The notes under the pieces: model-generated
What the model was told of the DNA's origin: nothing
What the model saw: the letters and a program-made list of their open reading frames with translations, nothing else
Database searches by the model: none
DNA from: Octopus vulgaris
Lineage: Eukaryota
Assembly: GCA_951406725.2 (NCBI GenBank)
Contig: OX597824.1
Location: forward strand, 13,950,001-14,014,000
DNA: 64,000 nt
Reading direction: 5' to 3'
Position numbers and translations under genes: made by a program
In this document: positions 1 through 12,509 of the stretch, in pieces
Position numbering within the stretch: the stretch's first letter is position 1
Layout of the letters: every line of letters starts with the position of its first letter

Positions 1-39
1 ATATATATATATATATATACATACAACACACAGTGTTCA

Positions 40-304
40 GTGTTCAAAAAGTCTCTCCGCAGTGGATTAATTTTTTTCATCTTGGCTCTTCCAAGAATCA
101 GAATCTCCAAGATGTATTTCAAAACATGTGTAGAGTCAACTTATATAGTGAAAATAAAGGACGACACTTTCAACACCTCTTATAAAGTCGGGTTTTTTTT
201 TTCCTCTTTGAAGTCTTGTAAAGTCTAATATATTCTTTCATAGTCTTAAACCATCTTATAAATATTTATTTTCCAATAAAATACTGCGGAGAGACTTTTT
301 GAAC

Positions 305-306
<2 letters not shown>
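40..306. mobile_element. Tc1/mariner-type MITE (~270 bp)
   Basis: 24-bp terminal inverted repeats gtgttcaaaaagtctctccgcagt (40-63) / actgcggagagactttttgaacac (283-306). Non-coding interior; lies in a (TA)n context. Confidence 0.75.
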
Positions 307-366
<60 letters not shown>

Positions 367-455
367 CTCCTTCTTCCCTTCTTTCCTGAGCGTCCAATAA
401 TACTTTATTTGTTCCACATCCTTGCGTTGTTGTCTTTTTGTTTTCTTGTTTGGAT

Positions 456-512
<57 letters not shown>

Positions 513-964
513 ATCTATGTATGTCTCTCGTTCACTCTCACCGTCACTCACTCACTACTCAGCTACTCACACTTCCACTCACTGGATCACTCCATCGCTA
601 ACACAAAGGCTTATTAACATAAACCCATACATCTACATATGTGCACGTGAATATACACACACACACACACACACATACACACACTCTCAAACGCACGCAC
701 ACGGGCAGCATCTCTCGTTCGCTCGCTTTAATGTAAAAAACGCATCATCACACATATTATCACACGCATGCATTCATTTGCATACACGCACACACGCATG
801 CATACACATGCAATATACACGCATAGATGCATACGCAGTTGCAATTTCGCTTAACCACACGCGCTTAAACATAATCTCACAAACACACATATGCTCGTAC
901 ATATACGTACACACACGTGTACGCTTAAACGCACTGATAGATAGTTCTCTGAGACAGATGCTGC

Positions 965-980
965 CTCATTCAGTCACACC
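965..980 (+). promoter_or_regulatory. Possible initiator (TCAGT) / transcription start of the downstream gene
   Basis: cattcagtcac, with TCAGT at 970-974, about 1.06 kb upstream of the ATG and followed by UTR-like GA/CA/CAG/ACC repeats. Motif match only. Confidence 0.25.
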
Positions 981-1257
981 CTGACGCACAGAGAGGGAGA
1001 GATAGAGAGGGGAAGAAAGAAAGAAACACAGAGAGAGAGAGAGAGAGAGAGATACAGACAAATAGACAGATACCACTTACATACACATATGCACACACAT
1101 ACATACCACGCTCATCATACACGCACACACACAGATCTACGCGCGCGCAGATGCAACTTCGCTCCGTCACTCACTAACACCCACTCATACAAACAAGCTC
1201 ACACACACACTCACACACACACACACATAAGCATACACATGCACTCTCCCCCTCTCC

Positions 1258-1314
<57 letters not shown>

Positions 1315-1405
1315 GCACGCACACACACCGATGAAATGAAGCACTTGCATGAAATACGCTTTTTGCCCTTCATCGTTGAGCTCTATTTCTATCAATCTGT
1401 GAAGT

Positions 1406-1537
1406 ATGGTGCTAAACGAGGCCGGCTTCTATAGAGGGCGGCAGAAACAACAACCACAGCAGCAGCAGCAGCAGCAGCAACAACAACAGCAAGAACAGCA
1501 GGCGCAGCAGCAGAGGCAGCAGCAGAAAAGGAGGTAG
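1406..1537 (+). other. Upstream ORF encoding a 43-aa poly-Q peptide (MVLNEAGFYRGRQKQQPQQQ...QKRR*)
   Basis: ATG at 1406 in agtATGg context; CAG/CAA run in frame; TAG at 1535-1537. Confidence 0.35.
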
Positions 1538-2032
1538 TAGACAGAAAGAAGTGCGAAGTGTCCAACACCGTAAGACTACTACAACCACCACTACCACTAC
1601 CACTACCACCCCTACTAGTAAAACTACCGACACCGACAGAGCACTTACCATAAGAACAGCCACCACGACAACCAATAACAACAACAGCGGCAGCAGCAAC
1701 AAGCAACAGCAGCAACAACAACAGCACCAGCAACACCTTAATAAAAACATAGGCCACTGTTACAAGCACTATCATAACAGGAAAAAACAACAGCAATAAT
1801 AATAACAACAGCAACTATTACTACCTTTTATTACTACTACTATTACAACTACTAGTACAATAATAGTAGTTACAACAGAGAGTACTCCACGCGCCACCGC
1901 TACCAATAACAACAACAACAACGGCCACTAACCACGACAACATCACAACTAATACAACTCCAGTATCGTATCAGAGAGCCCAGAGCTACGCAGTAATAGG
2001 AACGTTACCTTTTAGCATCACAACAAGACGCG

Positions 2033-2330
2033 ATGCCGCCGCTAACGAAAGCTGGTCCTGTCTTCAAGGGATTCCCTTTCACTACTAGCCTGCCCCTTTC
2101 TGTGTTTGTGCTTCTACTGTTCTGTTCCTGTCTGCTCAATCCGACCCAGGGATTCTTACACAATCGAATCAGCTACGAAGACGACCTCATGGAAGAAGAT
2201 CTGACACACCAAGACATTACCGAAATTGGTGTTACGAGGGCCGCTGGCTATTACCTCGGTGCCTCCCCGGACAGCTTACCCAATATCAACAGCACTGACC
2301 CCAAGGGTTGGTTCGAGGATAACTTCAAAC
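2033..2330 (+). CDS. First coding exon of an unidentified secreted or cell-surface protein (signal peptide, 99 codons + 1 nt, phase-1 intron)
   Basis: Non-repetitive, higher-GC ORF. Hydrophobic LSVFVLLLFCSCLL then PTQG|F cleavage-like site, acidic stretch and an N-S-T sequon. Canonical donor AAC|GTGAGT at 2331, after which the ORF decays into CA repeats. Confidence 0.8.
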
Positions 2331-2617
2331 GTGAGTCCTTATTTTGCATATATTTGCATATATTTGTTACACAAGGTGTGCGCACACATGATGAATGTTC
2401 ACACAATTATACATACATACATGCACGCATAATCACACACGCACATGCAGACACACACACACACACACACGCATAAATGTGATGCGCGCGTGTGTGTGTG
2501 TGTGCGCGCGAGTGTGTGAGTGCGCGCGAGTGTGTGTGTGCGCGCGCGCGCGTGTATTTATTATTCTGAAACAAGTGGCTCCGAAGTTTCGGCTAAGCCA
2601 TCGTCGGATCGCTTAAC

Positions 2618-2658
2618 AGTCCGACGATGGCTTAACCGGCCGAAACTTCGCAGTCACT
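2618..2658 (+). ncRNA. Minimal type I hammerhead ribozyme-like fold (right arm of a palindrome)
   Basis: agt-CCGACGA-t-ggc..gcc-GAAA-cttcgcag-TC-act: stems I-III present, GUC cleavage triplet, core U4>C. Confidence 0.6.
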
Positions 2659-3297
2659 ATCAACAACATTCTTATATGAGAATAATAATTGTTTTTAATC
2701 TACAACAGAATAGAGTAACCCGTCAGATTAATGTAAAATTACCTTTATTATAACTGTTTTTTTTTTCTTTTTATTATTTCTTTTATATTTTCTATCATTT
2801 GATTAGTATATGAAAACTCCCACGCTTTATGTCTGTCTCTGTATTGTCCCCTCCCCTCCCCTCGTCCTTCGCCCTTGTGACAAATAAATTAAATCATTAT
2901 AACTTAACATAAGAACAAGCATTAACATAGACAGATAGATAGACAGAGAGAGAAAGAGGGAGAGAGGGAGAGAAATGGAGGGAGAGAGAGTAAGAGAGAG
3001 AGAGAGAGAGGGGAGGGAGATGGATGATTGGATAGATGGATGGATGGGCACACAGACAGACAGACAGACAGACAAACATTCAGACAGACATAGACAGACA
3101 GACAGCTAGGTTGGTAGGGTTAGTTAGATAGATAGGTAGGTAGGTAGGTAGGTAGGTAGGTAGGTAGGTAGGTAGGTAGGAAGGTAGGTTGGTGATTGGT
3201 CTGGGCGGGTGGTCTGGAAAGGTGGCTGGATGGTCTGGGTAGGTAGGTATGTAGGTGGGTAGGTAGGTATGAAGGTAGATAGATAGATAGATGGATG

Positions 3298-3337
<40 letters not shown>

Positions 3338-3413
3338 TTCAGACAGACATATAGACAGACAGACAGCTAGGTAGGTAGGTAGGTAGGTAGGTAGGTTGGT
3401 AGGTAGGTAGGGT

Positions 3414-3469
<56 letters not shown>

Positions 3470-3616
3470 CAGGTAAGAAGGTAGGTGAATAGAAACATAG
3501 ATAGGTAGGTAGGTAGGTAGGTAGGTAGGTAGGTAGGTAGGTGGATGGGTGGTCTGGGCGGGTGCGTATGTAGGTGGGTGTGTGGGTGAGATAGATAGAT
3601 AGACAGATAGATAGAT

Positions 3617-3675
<59 letters not shown>

Positions 3676-3904
3676 TAGATATAGATAGATAGATACATAC
3701 ATACATACATACATACATACATACATACATACATACATACATACATACATACATACATACATACATACATACATACATACATACATGCATACATACATAG
3801 ACAGACAGGTAAGAAGGTAGGTGAATAGAAACATAGATAGGTAGGTAGGTAGGGAGGTAGGTAGGTAGGTAGGGAGGTAGGTAGGTAGGTAGTTAGGCAG
3901 ACAT

Positions 3905-3939
<35 letters not shown>

Positions 3940-4306
3940 TACAGACAGACAGACAGACAGATTGTTAGAGAGGCTGATAGATTTGTAACAGAAGATACGA
4001 CGTAGCTCTCTGGAAACTTGTGTCACGTTTCGTGTCAAGTGCGTATGTGTGGTTTTGAAGCTCGCTTTGCAGTCACGTGGTTTCAGTTCAGTCCCACCTT
4101 GAGCAAGTGTCTTTACCAAATTCACCTACTGTAGCCCGGGACAACAGCAAGTTTATTTCGTTGAGAAAACTCAACATATACGTGCGTATGTGTGCGTTTT
4201 TGTGCTTGCTCCCCCACACCGCTGTTGGTTCATTTACAACCCTGTATGTGTATCTATGCATATATATACACACGCACACATACACACACGCACACATACA
4301 CACACG

Positions 4307-4340
<34 letters not shown>

Positions 4341-4344
4341 CATT

Positions 4345-4740
4345 CTTTTATTTGTTTCATCATTTGACTGCGGCCATGCTGGAGCACCGCTTTTAGTCGA
4401 GCAAATCGACCCCAGGACTTATTCTCTGTAAGCCTAGTACTTATTCTATCGGTCCCTCTTGCGGAACCGCTAAGTGACGGGGACGTAAACACACCAGCAT
4501 CGGTTGTCAAGCGATGCTGGGGTACAAACACAGACACACAAACATACACACACACACAAATATATATATATATATACGACGAGCTTCTTTCAGTTTCCGT
4601 CTACCAAAACCACTCACAATGCTTTGCTCGCCCCGAGGCTATAGTAGAGAACACTTGCCCAAGGTGCCATGCAGTGGGACTGAACCCGGAACCATGTGGT
4701 TGGTAAGCAACCTTCTTACCACACAACCACATCTGTGTCT
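4345..4740 (-). mobile_element. tRNA-derived CORE-type SINE 'family B' with internal (TA)/(CA) microsatellite
   Basis: Head gtggttgtgtggtaag..ggttcagtccc, CORE-like ccttgggcaagtg, tail ..gctccagcatggccgcagtcaaatga. Near-identical to copies at 18975, 30549, 32303, 43845 and 61495. Confidence 0.85.
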
Positions 4741-4748
4741 GTATATAC

Positions 4749-4794
<46 letters not shown>

Positions 4795-4955
4795 GCACAT
4801 ATATGGGTGGGCACATATGTAGGTTTGATAAACATGCATTTAGCCTCGCTGTGTAAATAGAATCATGATTAAACCACAAGACTCACTCTCTCTCTGCCTC
4901 CTCCTTTTTCCTACTTTCTCTTTCTCTCTTTCTATCTGTCTGTCTCTCTCTCTCT

Positions 4956-4995
<40 letters not shown>

Positions 4996-5379
4996 CCTTC
5001 CATTCCTCTGTGTAGGACAAACTCGAGAACAGGTCGACTAGTTTTGTCAGCTTGTTGCCATCTTATCAAAACTCTTGTTCGTCCAACAGAGATAGGATTC
5101 AACTTAGAGCTGCTTACAACTAAAAAAGAAGATGCTATGAGTAACTACTGATGCTGATTTTATTCATTTGCATATCATAATATTTCTTTGGCAGAGAAAT
5201 AACAGGATTTATTTACATAGCGACGCTAAATATATGTTTGTCAAAGTTACGCATATGGACTTATTCACAACTTACCTACTCACATATAATGTCCCAGTAA
5301 TTTTAGTCTGTTTTATACGTACTGATACGTTTATGAGTAATATTCGTATGTAACTCAAGGCTGTTTTGTCTCTCTCTCT

Positions 5380-5466
<87 letters not shown>

Positions 5467-5544
5467 TATTAGACAAAATGAGATAACAGAACCAAGATCG
5501 TGAAGAGTTTTTAAGACATTTATAAGGAAAAAGATACAGATATA

Positions 5545-5592
5545 GCCTTACAGCTGTTTCTGGGATATTTTGGATATCCCTTCATCAGAGAC
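5545..5592 (-). ncRNA. Minimal type I hammerhead ribozyme (probable Penelope pseudo-LTR remnant)
   Basis: Reverse complement gtct-CTGATGA-a-gggatat-ccaaa-atatccc-a-GAAAC-agct-GTA-aggc. Intact core, 7-bp stem II, palindromic ACAGCUGU stem III, 4-bp stem I. Confidence 0.75.
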
Positions 5593-5960
5593 AATGTGAG
5601 ATGGTTAAACAGGTAAATATTTGGGTTCGAAATAAGGAACTATTATGGAAAAGGAGGAGATAAGGAATGTATTCCCTACCGCCTACCAAATCCACTTATA
5701 AGGCTTTGGTCGGCCCGAGACTATAGTTGAAGACATTTGCCCTCAAAGCCACGCAGCGGGATTGAAACTGGAACCATGTGGTTAGGAAGCAAGATCCTTA
5801 CCACGAGCCACCTTCGAGTTGTTTATATCTTTAATTGTAAATAAACTGTTGAGTCTTTGCTTATGGCTTTCATTTATGCCGGTGAGCTTGTAAAGTGGTC
5901 ACTCAACCTTCATGAAATAACAGCCAGATATACCCCAAACATTACTCTGCCCAAACATCA

Positions 5961-6061
5961 ATTCGCTCAATAAACACTCACAATGCCCGGTCTGGGAGTC
6001 GAAACTGCGATCCTACGACCGCGAGTCCACTACCCTAACCACTGGGCCATTGCGCCTCCAC
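5961..6061 (-). mobile_element. tRNA-derived SINE 'family C' head fragment
   Basis: Reverse complement ggaggcgcaatggcccagtggttaggg..gtttcgactccc with A/B boxes. Matches copies at 9698, 22358 and 52061. Confidence 0.75.
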
Positions 6062-6448
6062 AAAGGACAGGTAGTGGATAATTTATTTCTGCATATAAAA
6101 ACCACACGGCTCGGCCATGGCGAGAATTCTTTTAATCGTAACGCTGTTCAATTCCGATCTACGCAGCATCGTCTTCGACAATGACGGAGAGCTTTTACGT
6201 AGTCACACAAGATGCCACAAATAGCAGCCACTCCTCCTACGGAACTCGCGTTACTAAAAAAAAGAGAGGCATATAGAAGAATATTGTTATAAACATACAT
6301 TGTGATGTCATAGCTGGAATGGGTTCTTTTTTTTTAAACCATGGGTCTAATTGATAAGAAGCCTAACTTGGGATGAAAAAGAACATTCGGGAAAAGAAAA
6401 ACGACGACACTTCGTGAATTTAATTCAGATATTCACCACAGATATAAC

Positions 6449-6706
6449 TTTCTTTATTGGCCATACAGGGCTGGACACAGAGGGGACAAATACAAATGTA
6501 GAGCTTTTCTTTTCGAAGATGGAAAAAGAAAAAAGGAGAAAAGGGAAACAAATGTAAAATTCCGATCAAAAGGGATCGTGTATCACAGAAAGAATTTTTT
6601 TTTTTTAAGTAAGAAACAAGATTAGGTTCATCCGTGGAAAGAAAAGTCTACAGAAAAGACCACGGTAACCTCAGGCAGGGAGGAAATAATCATATGAGAG
6701 CAAAGT

Positions 6707-6756
<50 letters not shown>

Positions 6757-6880
6757 GTGATTTACAGGATCATGCTCAAAGTGGTTTCGTCACTCGCACG
6801 CACCATCTTTGCTACATTCACCCACCTTTTTTTTTTTAAACTTTCACGAGACAAAACCTGCCTCTCCATTCCCACCTAAG
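6449..6880 (-). mobile_element. 3' end of an L1/Tx1-like LINE (copy 1)
   Basis: Colinear with 25147-25610, including the ORF2 C-terminal remnant (..KRWVNVAKMVR..) and a 3' UTR ending ..ggccaataaagaaa. Confidence 0.6.
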
Positions 6881-7561
6881 GAACTCTGAGTTCAACCAAA
6901 AAATCACAAATGTAGACAAACAAGTTACATGCACGAGTTTGGACGTGTCTTATTACAGACTGATACATTTAGATGCGTTTCCTCTCGCTGCTTCCTAAGA
7001 TCAGAATGTTTCAGCTATTGTACATGTGTAGTACTTCCGGCTTCTTACAACGGCCAAAGGAATTTGCGACTATGAAATCAAGATAAGAACTCTATCCTTA
7101 ATATGTCATTGTATAAAGTGGGCGAACTGGCAGAATCGTTAGGACGCCAGCTAAAAGGCTTCGAGCATGTCGTCCGTTTCCACTTTCTGGGTTCAAATTT
7201 CGCAATGGTCGACTTCCATCATTTCGGATGAAATAAGTACCAGACGATGAGAAAGGTACCAGCTGAGCACTGGGTCGATATAATCGATTTAGTCCCTTCA
7301 CAAAATTGCTTGATTTCTGCCAAAATATGAAATCAGTATATCATTGTATAGTAATGATAAATTGTCATCTTAGAAAACCTAACAAGATCTGTGTAGGATA
7401 TGCAAGTGTGTAGCACCAACACTGCTTTCATATTTACAAATGCACTGATGTAATGCAATTTTTAGTTGAGCATCCTTGAGGACCAGCACCTGATCAGAGA
7501 TTAAGTTTTTCTGGGCCTTAGCAAAAGTAAAGTTCAAGTCTTTGTCATGTGGCTTTTTTGT

Positions 7562-7686
7562 AATGTCAATTGTTGAGGGTTTCCCTGGGATGGCAAAACT
7601 TAGTGGCCTGAACATTTGAAGCAAATTTGAACCCTAATTTGTGTGTGTATGTGTGCGTGTATGTGTGTGTATGTGTGTGTATGTGT

Positions 7687-7761
<75 letters not shown>

Positions 7762-8144
7762 TCTGTGTGTGTGTGTGTGATATCATGCAAACATAGGAAG
7801 CCAATGTCAATATTTGAGGGTTTTCCCTGGGATGGCAAAACTTAGCGGCCTGAATATTTGAAGCAAATTTGAACCCTAATTTGTGTGTGTGTATGTGTGC
7901 GTGTATGTGTGTGTATGTGTGTGTATGTGTGTGTATGTGTGTGTGTGTGTGTGCGTGCGTGTGTGTGTGTGTGTGTGTCTGTGTGTGTGTGTGTGATATC
8001 ATGCAAACATAGGAAGCCAATGTCAATATTTGAGGGTTTTCCCTGGGATGGCAAAACTTAGTGGCCTGAACATTTGAAGCAAATTTGAACCCTAATTTGT
8101 GTGTGTATGTGTGCGTGTATGTGTGTGTATGTGTGTGTATGTGT

Positions 8145-8189
<45 letters not shown>

Positions 8190-8395
8190 CGTGTGTGTGT
8201 GCGTGTGTGTCTGTGTGTGTGTGTGTGATATCATACATACATAGGAAGCCAATGTCAATATTTTAGGGTTTTCCCTGGGATGGCAAAACTTAGCGGCCTA
8301 AATATTTGAAGCAACTTTGAACCCTAATTTGTGTGTATGTGTGTGTGCATGTGTGTGTGTGTGTGTATGTGTGTGTGATCATACATACATTAGAA
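7562..8395. repeat. Tandem array of ~4 units (~215-240 bp): conserved ~105-bp core plus variable (GT)n
   Basis: Core aatgtcaatatttgagggttttccctgggatggcaaaacttag..gaaccctaatttg recurs at about 7562, 7803, 8019 and 8251. Confidence 0.9.
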
Positions 8396-8726
8396 GCCAC
8401 TTATTGTGATCACTTTGGGTCGCCGGTTTTTCTGTGACTATAACAGAGCCTATAATAAGTGGCTTCCAATTATAAATAGACACTTATTTAGCCGTGATAT
8501 CAAACAGTTTACTCGGTGAACGAGATTGGAGGAATGTTCATCTAAGAACATGCAACATCCGTGAGTTTCACTTTCGTTGTATCTTACTGTCATTGTTATA
8601 GTGGGAAATGTCAGTAAGTCTTTGTGTCATTAGCTTTCTAAGCACTACTAAGGAATGTCGATAGCTTTCAAGGACACTTCACACTGAAGACATGAAATTG
8701 AAGGTGTGTAAGTGTGTGTCAGTGTG

Positions 8727-8774
<48 letters not shown>

Positions 8775-8837
8775 TGTGTGCCTGTGTGCTAGAGGGCTTA
8801 AATGTTTTCATATAGCGAAAGTGACACTTTACAAACG

Positions 8838-9229
8838 CGGCGAGCTCGCAGAAACGTTAGCATGCTGGGCAAAATGCTTAGCGGTATTTCGTCTGCCGCT
8901 ACGTTCTGACTTCAAATTCCGCCGAGGTCGACTTTGCCTTTCATCCTTTCAGGGTCGATAAATTAAGTACCAGTTACGCACTGGGGCCGATGTAATCGAC
9001 TTGATCCGTTTGTCTGTCCTTGTTTGTCCTCTCTGTGTGTAGCCCCTTGCGGGTAGTAAAGAAAAATGTATTTCGTCTGCCTTTACGTTCTGAGTTCAAA
9101 TTCCGCCGAGGTCGACTTTACCTTTCATCTTTTCTGGGTCGATAAATTAATTACCAGACTGGAGTCGATCTAATCGACTGGCCCCCTTCCCAAAAAATTT
9201 CGGGCCTTGTGCCTAAAGTAGAAAAGAAT
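8838..9229 (+). mobile_element. SINE 'family A' dimer (head-body-tail1-body-tail2)
   Basis: Head gcggcgagctcgcagaaacgttag; body gtcgactttgcctttcatcctttc..gtcgataaattaagtaccag twice. Diverged TSD gtgacactttacaaa / gtaacacttcacaaa. Confidence 0.85.
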
Positions 9230-9661
9230 GTAACACTTCACAAATGTAATTGTTTAATATACAAATATGCGTGTAAGGATGTGAGCTGGCAAAGGCGTTA
9301 CTACGCCGACAGAATCGTTTGCAGGCCGGAGGAATTGCTTAGCAGCATTTCGTCCGTCTTTACGTGCTGTGTTCAAATTCTACTGGGGTCGACTCTGCCT
9401 TTCATCCTTTCGTAGTTCGTGGTTTTATCCTTTCTTTGTTTCGTGGTTGCTGGTTCTGCTGGGGTCGACTCTGCCTTTCGTGGTTTCGTGGTTCGTGGTT
9501 CGTGGTTCGTGGTTCAAGAACATGTTGAGTACTGCGATCGAAATTGCTGGCCTTGTGCCAAAATTTTAAACCAATGTATATGTGAATGTTGTATGTATGT
9601 GTGTGTGTGTACGTGCGCTACCTATCTATCTATCTATCTATCTATAGATAAATAGATATAA

Positions 9662-9697
<36 letters not shown>

Positions 9698-9699
<2 letters not shown>

Positions 9700-9988
9700 A
9701 GGGCTAATGGCCCAGTGGTTAGGGCAGCCGACACGCGGTCGTAGGATCGCGGTTTCGATTACCAGAACGGGTATTGTGAGTGTTTATTGAGCGAAAACAC
9801 CTAAATCTCCACGAGCCTCCGGCAGGGAGGGGCTGGTGGCGATCCCTGCTGCACTCTTTCGCCTCAACTTTCTTTCTTTCTTCTGTTGGCCAGCTCGCTT
9901 AGCCAACGGGGTGGCATCATTTGAAGGCTAAAACAATGCAAAACGCATTGAGACCAGCGATGTGTAGCAACATCTGGTCGGTCACTGT
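9698..9988 (+). mobile_element. SINE 'family C' with alternative 3' tail
   Basis: tRNA-like head tggcccagtggttagggcag..ggtttcgatt; tail ..cgcattgagaccagcgatgtgtagcaacatctg. Confidence 0.75.
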
Positions 9989-10013
9989 GATATATATATA
10001 TATATATATATAT

Positions 10014-10177
10014 GATGATGATGATGATGGCCGTCCACTCGTGACCGAGGAAGACCATTGCCGACCTTCAGGAACATTGTGCGCTCTAGGACTAACTTAT
10101 ATTTTGCATTTGCGGCTCCGTTGGTGGCTAATAAGCCCTGCTCTTGACAAGCACACACGACTGCACACATTCCAGAC

Positions 10178-10180
<3 letters not shown>
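10014..10180 (-). mobile_element. RTE-clade LINE 3' end
   Basis: Minus-strand translation ..VCSRVCLSRAGLISHQRSRKCKI* (C-terminal C..C.SR.GL.SH motif), short 3' UTR and (CAT)n tail. Confidence 0.7.
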
Positions 10181-10223
<43 letters not shown>

Positions 10224-10249
10224 GTATGTATGTAGGTATGTATGTATAA

Positions 10250-10717
10250 GTACCGAACCTCTTATCCGGAATTATAAAAAAATCTAGCTATTTTTGAAAC
10301 TGGCTAGCTTTGAATTTCGCGGTCTGTAGTAGTTCGCCGCGCAGCCGCTTTGTTATGGTTTTCCGTGGCTTATGTGTCACGCGACGCCAGTTCTTCTGTG
10401 ACTGCTGCCGTGTAATATTTGGTACCTGTATCTTCTTAAATATAAAGTATGTTCTTTGCTTTTCTTGTGTTTCTTTTTCATCCTATATATTATCATATGT
10501 GGTACAGTATTCTATATTTTGAGAGTTTTAAGAATTTTAATTGGATCAATAAAGATCAAACAGATTCTACTTTGGAAATGTATTAATTTGTATTTGTTAT
10601 ATACAACTTTGTTGCTTACTTTTTGTTGTTTATATTTCGATGTATATATATAGTCTGCGTCCAGAAATCCGGACCGCCTCTGGTCCCAAGTTTACCGGAT
10701 AAGATGTTCGGTACCTG
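10250..10717. mobile_element. pogo/Tigger-like MITE (~470 bp)
   Basis: TIRs gtaccgaacctcttatccgg (10250) / ccggataagatgttcggtacctg (10695-10717). Confidence 0.65.
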
Positions 10718-10727
10718 TGTATGTATG

Positions 10728-10898
<171 letters not shown>

Positions 10899-11060
10899 TA
10901 CAGTGAGAGAGAGAGAGAGAGATAGCTTGCTTACCAACCACATGGTTCTGGGTTCCTTGAACATGTATGTATATATGTGTGTGTGTATGTTTGTGTGATA
11001 GACAGATAGGTAGATAGATTAGATATACATATATATAAATATATATATGTACGTGTATGA

Positions 11061-11123
<63 letters not shown>

Positions 11124-11497
11124 CCCGTTTAGTGGCCACTGAGACGTTCAGAATATGTTAGTGTATATACATGCACACTTATACATGCATACATGAAGAA
11201 ATGTATTCTACAGTATATACATGTTGCCCCATCCCATTGTGAATGAAACTGGAGCAGCAGAAATTGTGTGGATAACTGTCAGTTGGATTATAGCGCTAAT
11301 CCACTTGTTTCACACAAGACAGAGTTACACGGATTTCTGTCATCCGGTGTATCACCGGTATTAACTTCATTGAATCTGGAAGGGCAAAGGGCAAATTTGG
11401 GTTCAGCACGATTCGAACTCAGACCGTTAGATGCAGTAAGTAAATACCGCAATGGATCTGATGCGACACGCTAATGATTTCGCTTGTCCATCATCCT

Positions 11498-11564
<67 letters not shown>

Positions 11565-12299
11565 GGTGGCGGCGGCGGCGGAGGTGGTGGTGGTGGTGGT
11601 GGTGGTGGTGGTGGCGCTTCGCGGCGGCGGCGGTGGCGCTTCGCGGCGGCGGCGGCGGCGACGGCGGAGGTGGTGCTAGTGCTGCTGGTGGTGGTGCTGG
11701 TGGTGGCGGTGGTGCTGGTGGTGGAGGTGCTGGTGGTGCTGGTGATGGTGATGGTTGTGGAGATGATTATAATAATTCTTTCTGATTTTGACACAAGGAC
11801 AACAATTTTGAAGTGAGGATGTTAATCAATTACATCAACACCTCAGGTTTCAGTTGGTACTTATTCTATCAATCCCGAAATGATGGATGGCAAAAATCGA
11901 TCTCTATGACATTTGTACTGAGAGGGGGGAGAAATGCCGTGAAGCACTCTGTCCAAAGCACTAATAATATATTCTATATGAATAGAATTTAGCAAAAGAA
12001 AAACCGAAAAAGCCGAATGTAAAAATAAGCAACAATTTACAAAAGAAAATACATGGAACACCTCTTTAACGAGACAGTTTCCTTAAGTCATCTATGGAAT
12101 CGTTAATGCCAAAAGCCTCTCTCAGCTGTATTCTTCAGCCAGTAGACTGACACATGCAGTACAACTAATCCTTTTGGTTTATAATCCTCAAAGACCGAGG
12201 CACAATGAAAGAAAAACAAATGACCAGATGCAATAACACATCGGGTAGTTTCGTGCTTTATAAACCTTAAAGACTTAAAGACGATGAAAACAATTCGTT

Positions 12300-12509
12300 T
12301 ACTACTCTAGGCATGAGGCCCGAAATTTTGGGGGAGGGCACCAGTCGATTAGATCGACCCCAGTGCGTAACTGGTACTTATTTAATCGACCCCCGAAAGG
12401 ATGAATGGCAAAGTCGACCTCGCCGGAATTTGAACTCAGAACGTAACAGCAGACGAAATACTGCTAAGCATTTCGCCCGGCGTGCTAACGTTTCTGCCAG
12501 CTCGCCGCC
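12300..12509 (-). mobile_element. SINE 'family A' monomer (tail2)
   Basis: Full head-body-tail2; flanking atgaaaacaattcg / atgaagacaattcg TSD-like repeat. Confidence 0.85.

Noticed and set aside
7562-8395. CRISPR-like repeat-spacer appearance
   Set aside because: Repeats are ~105 bp, spacers are (GT)n, there are no cas genes, and the context is eukaryotic.
11484-11816. Poly-D/poly-G ORF resembling a low-complexity protein exon (also 47217-47576 and 56675-56983)
   Set aside because: Compound trinucleotide microsatellites open in several frames and running into SINE tails.
12070-12142. Minus-strand CTGAAGA...GAAACTGTC as a hammerhead
   Set aside because: No convincing stem II or stem I pairing; could be chance.
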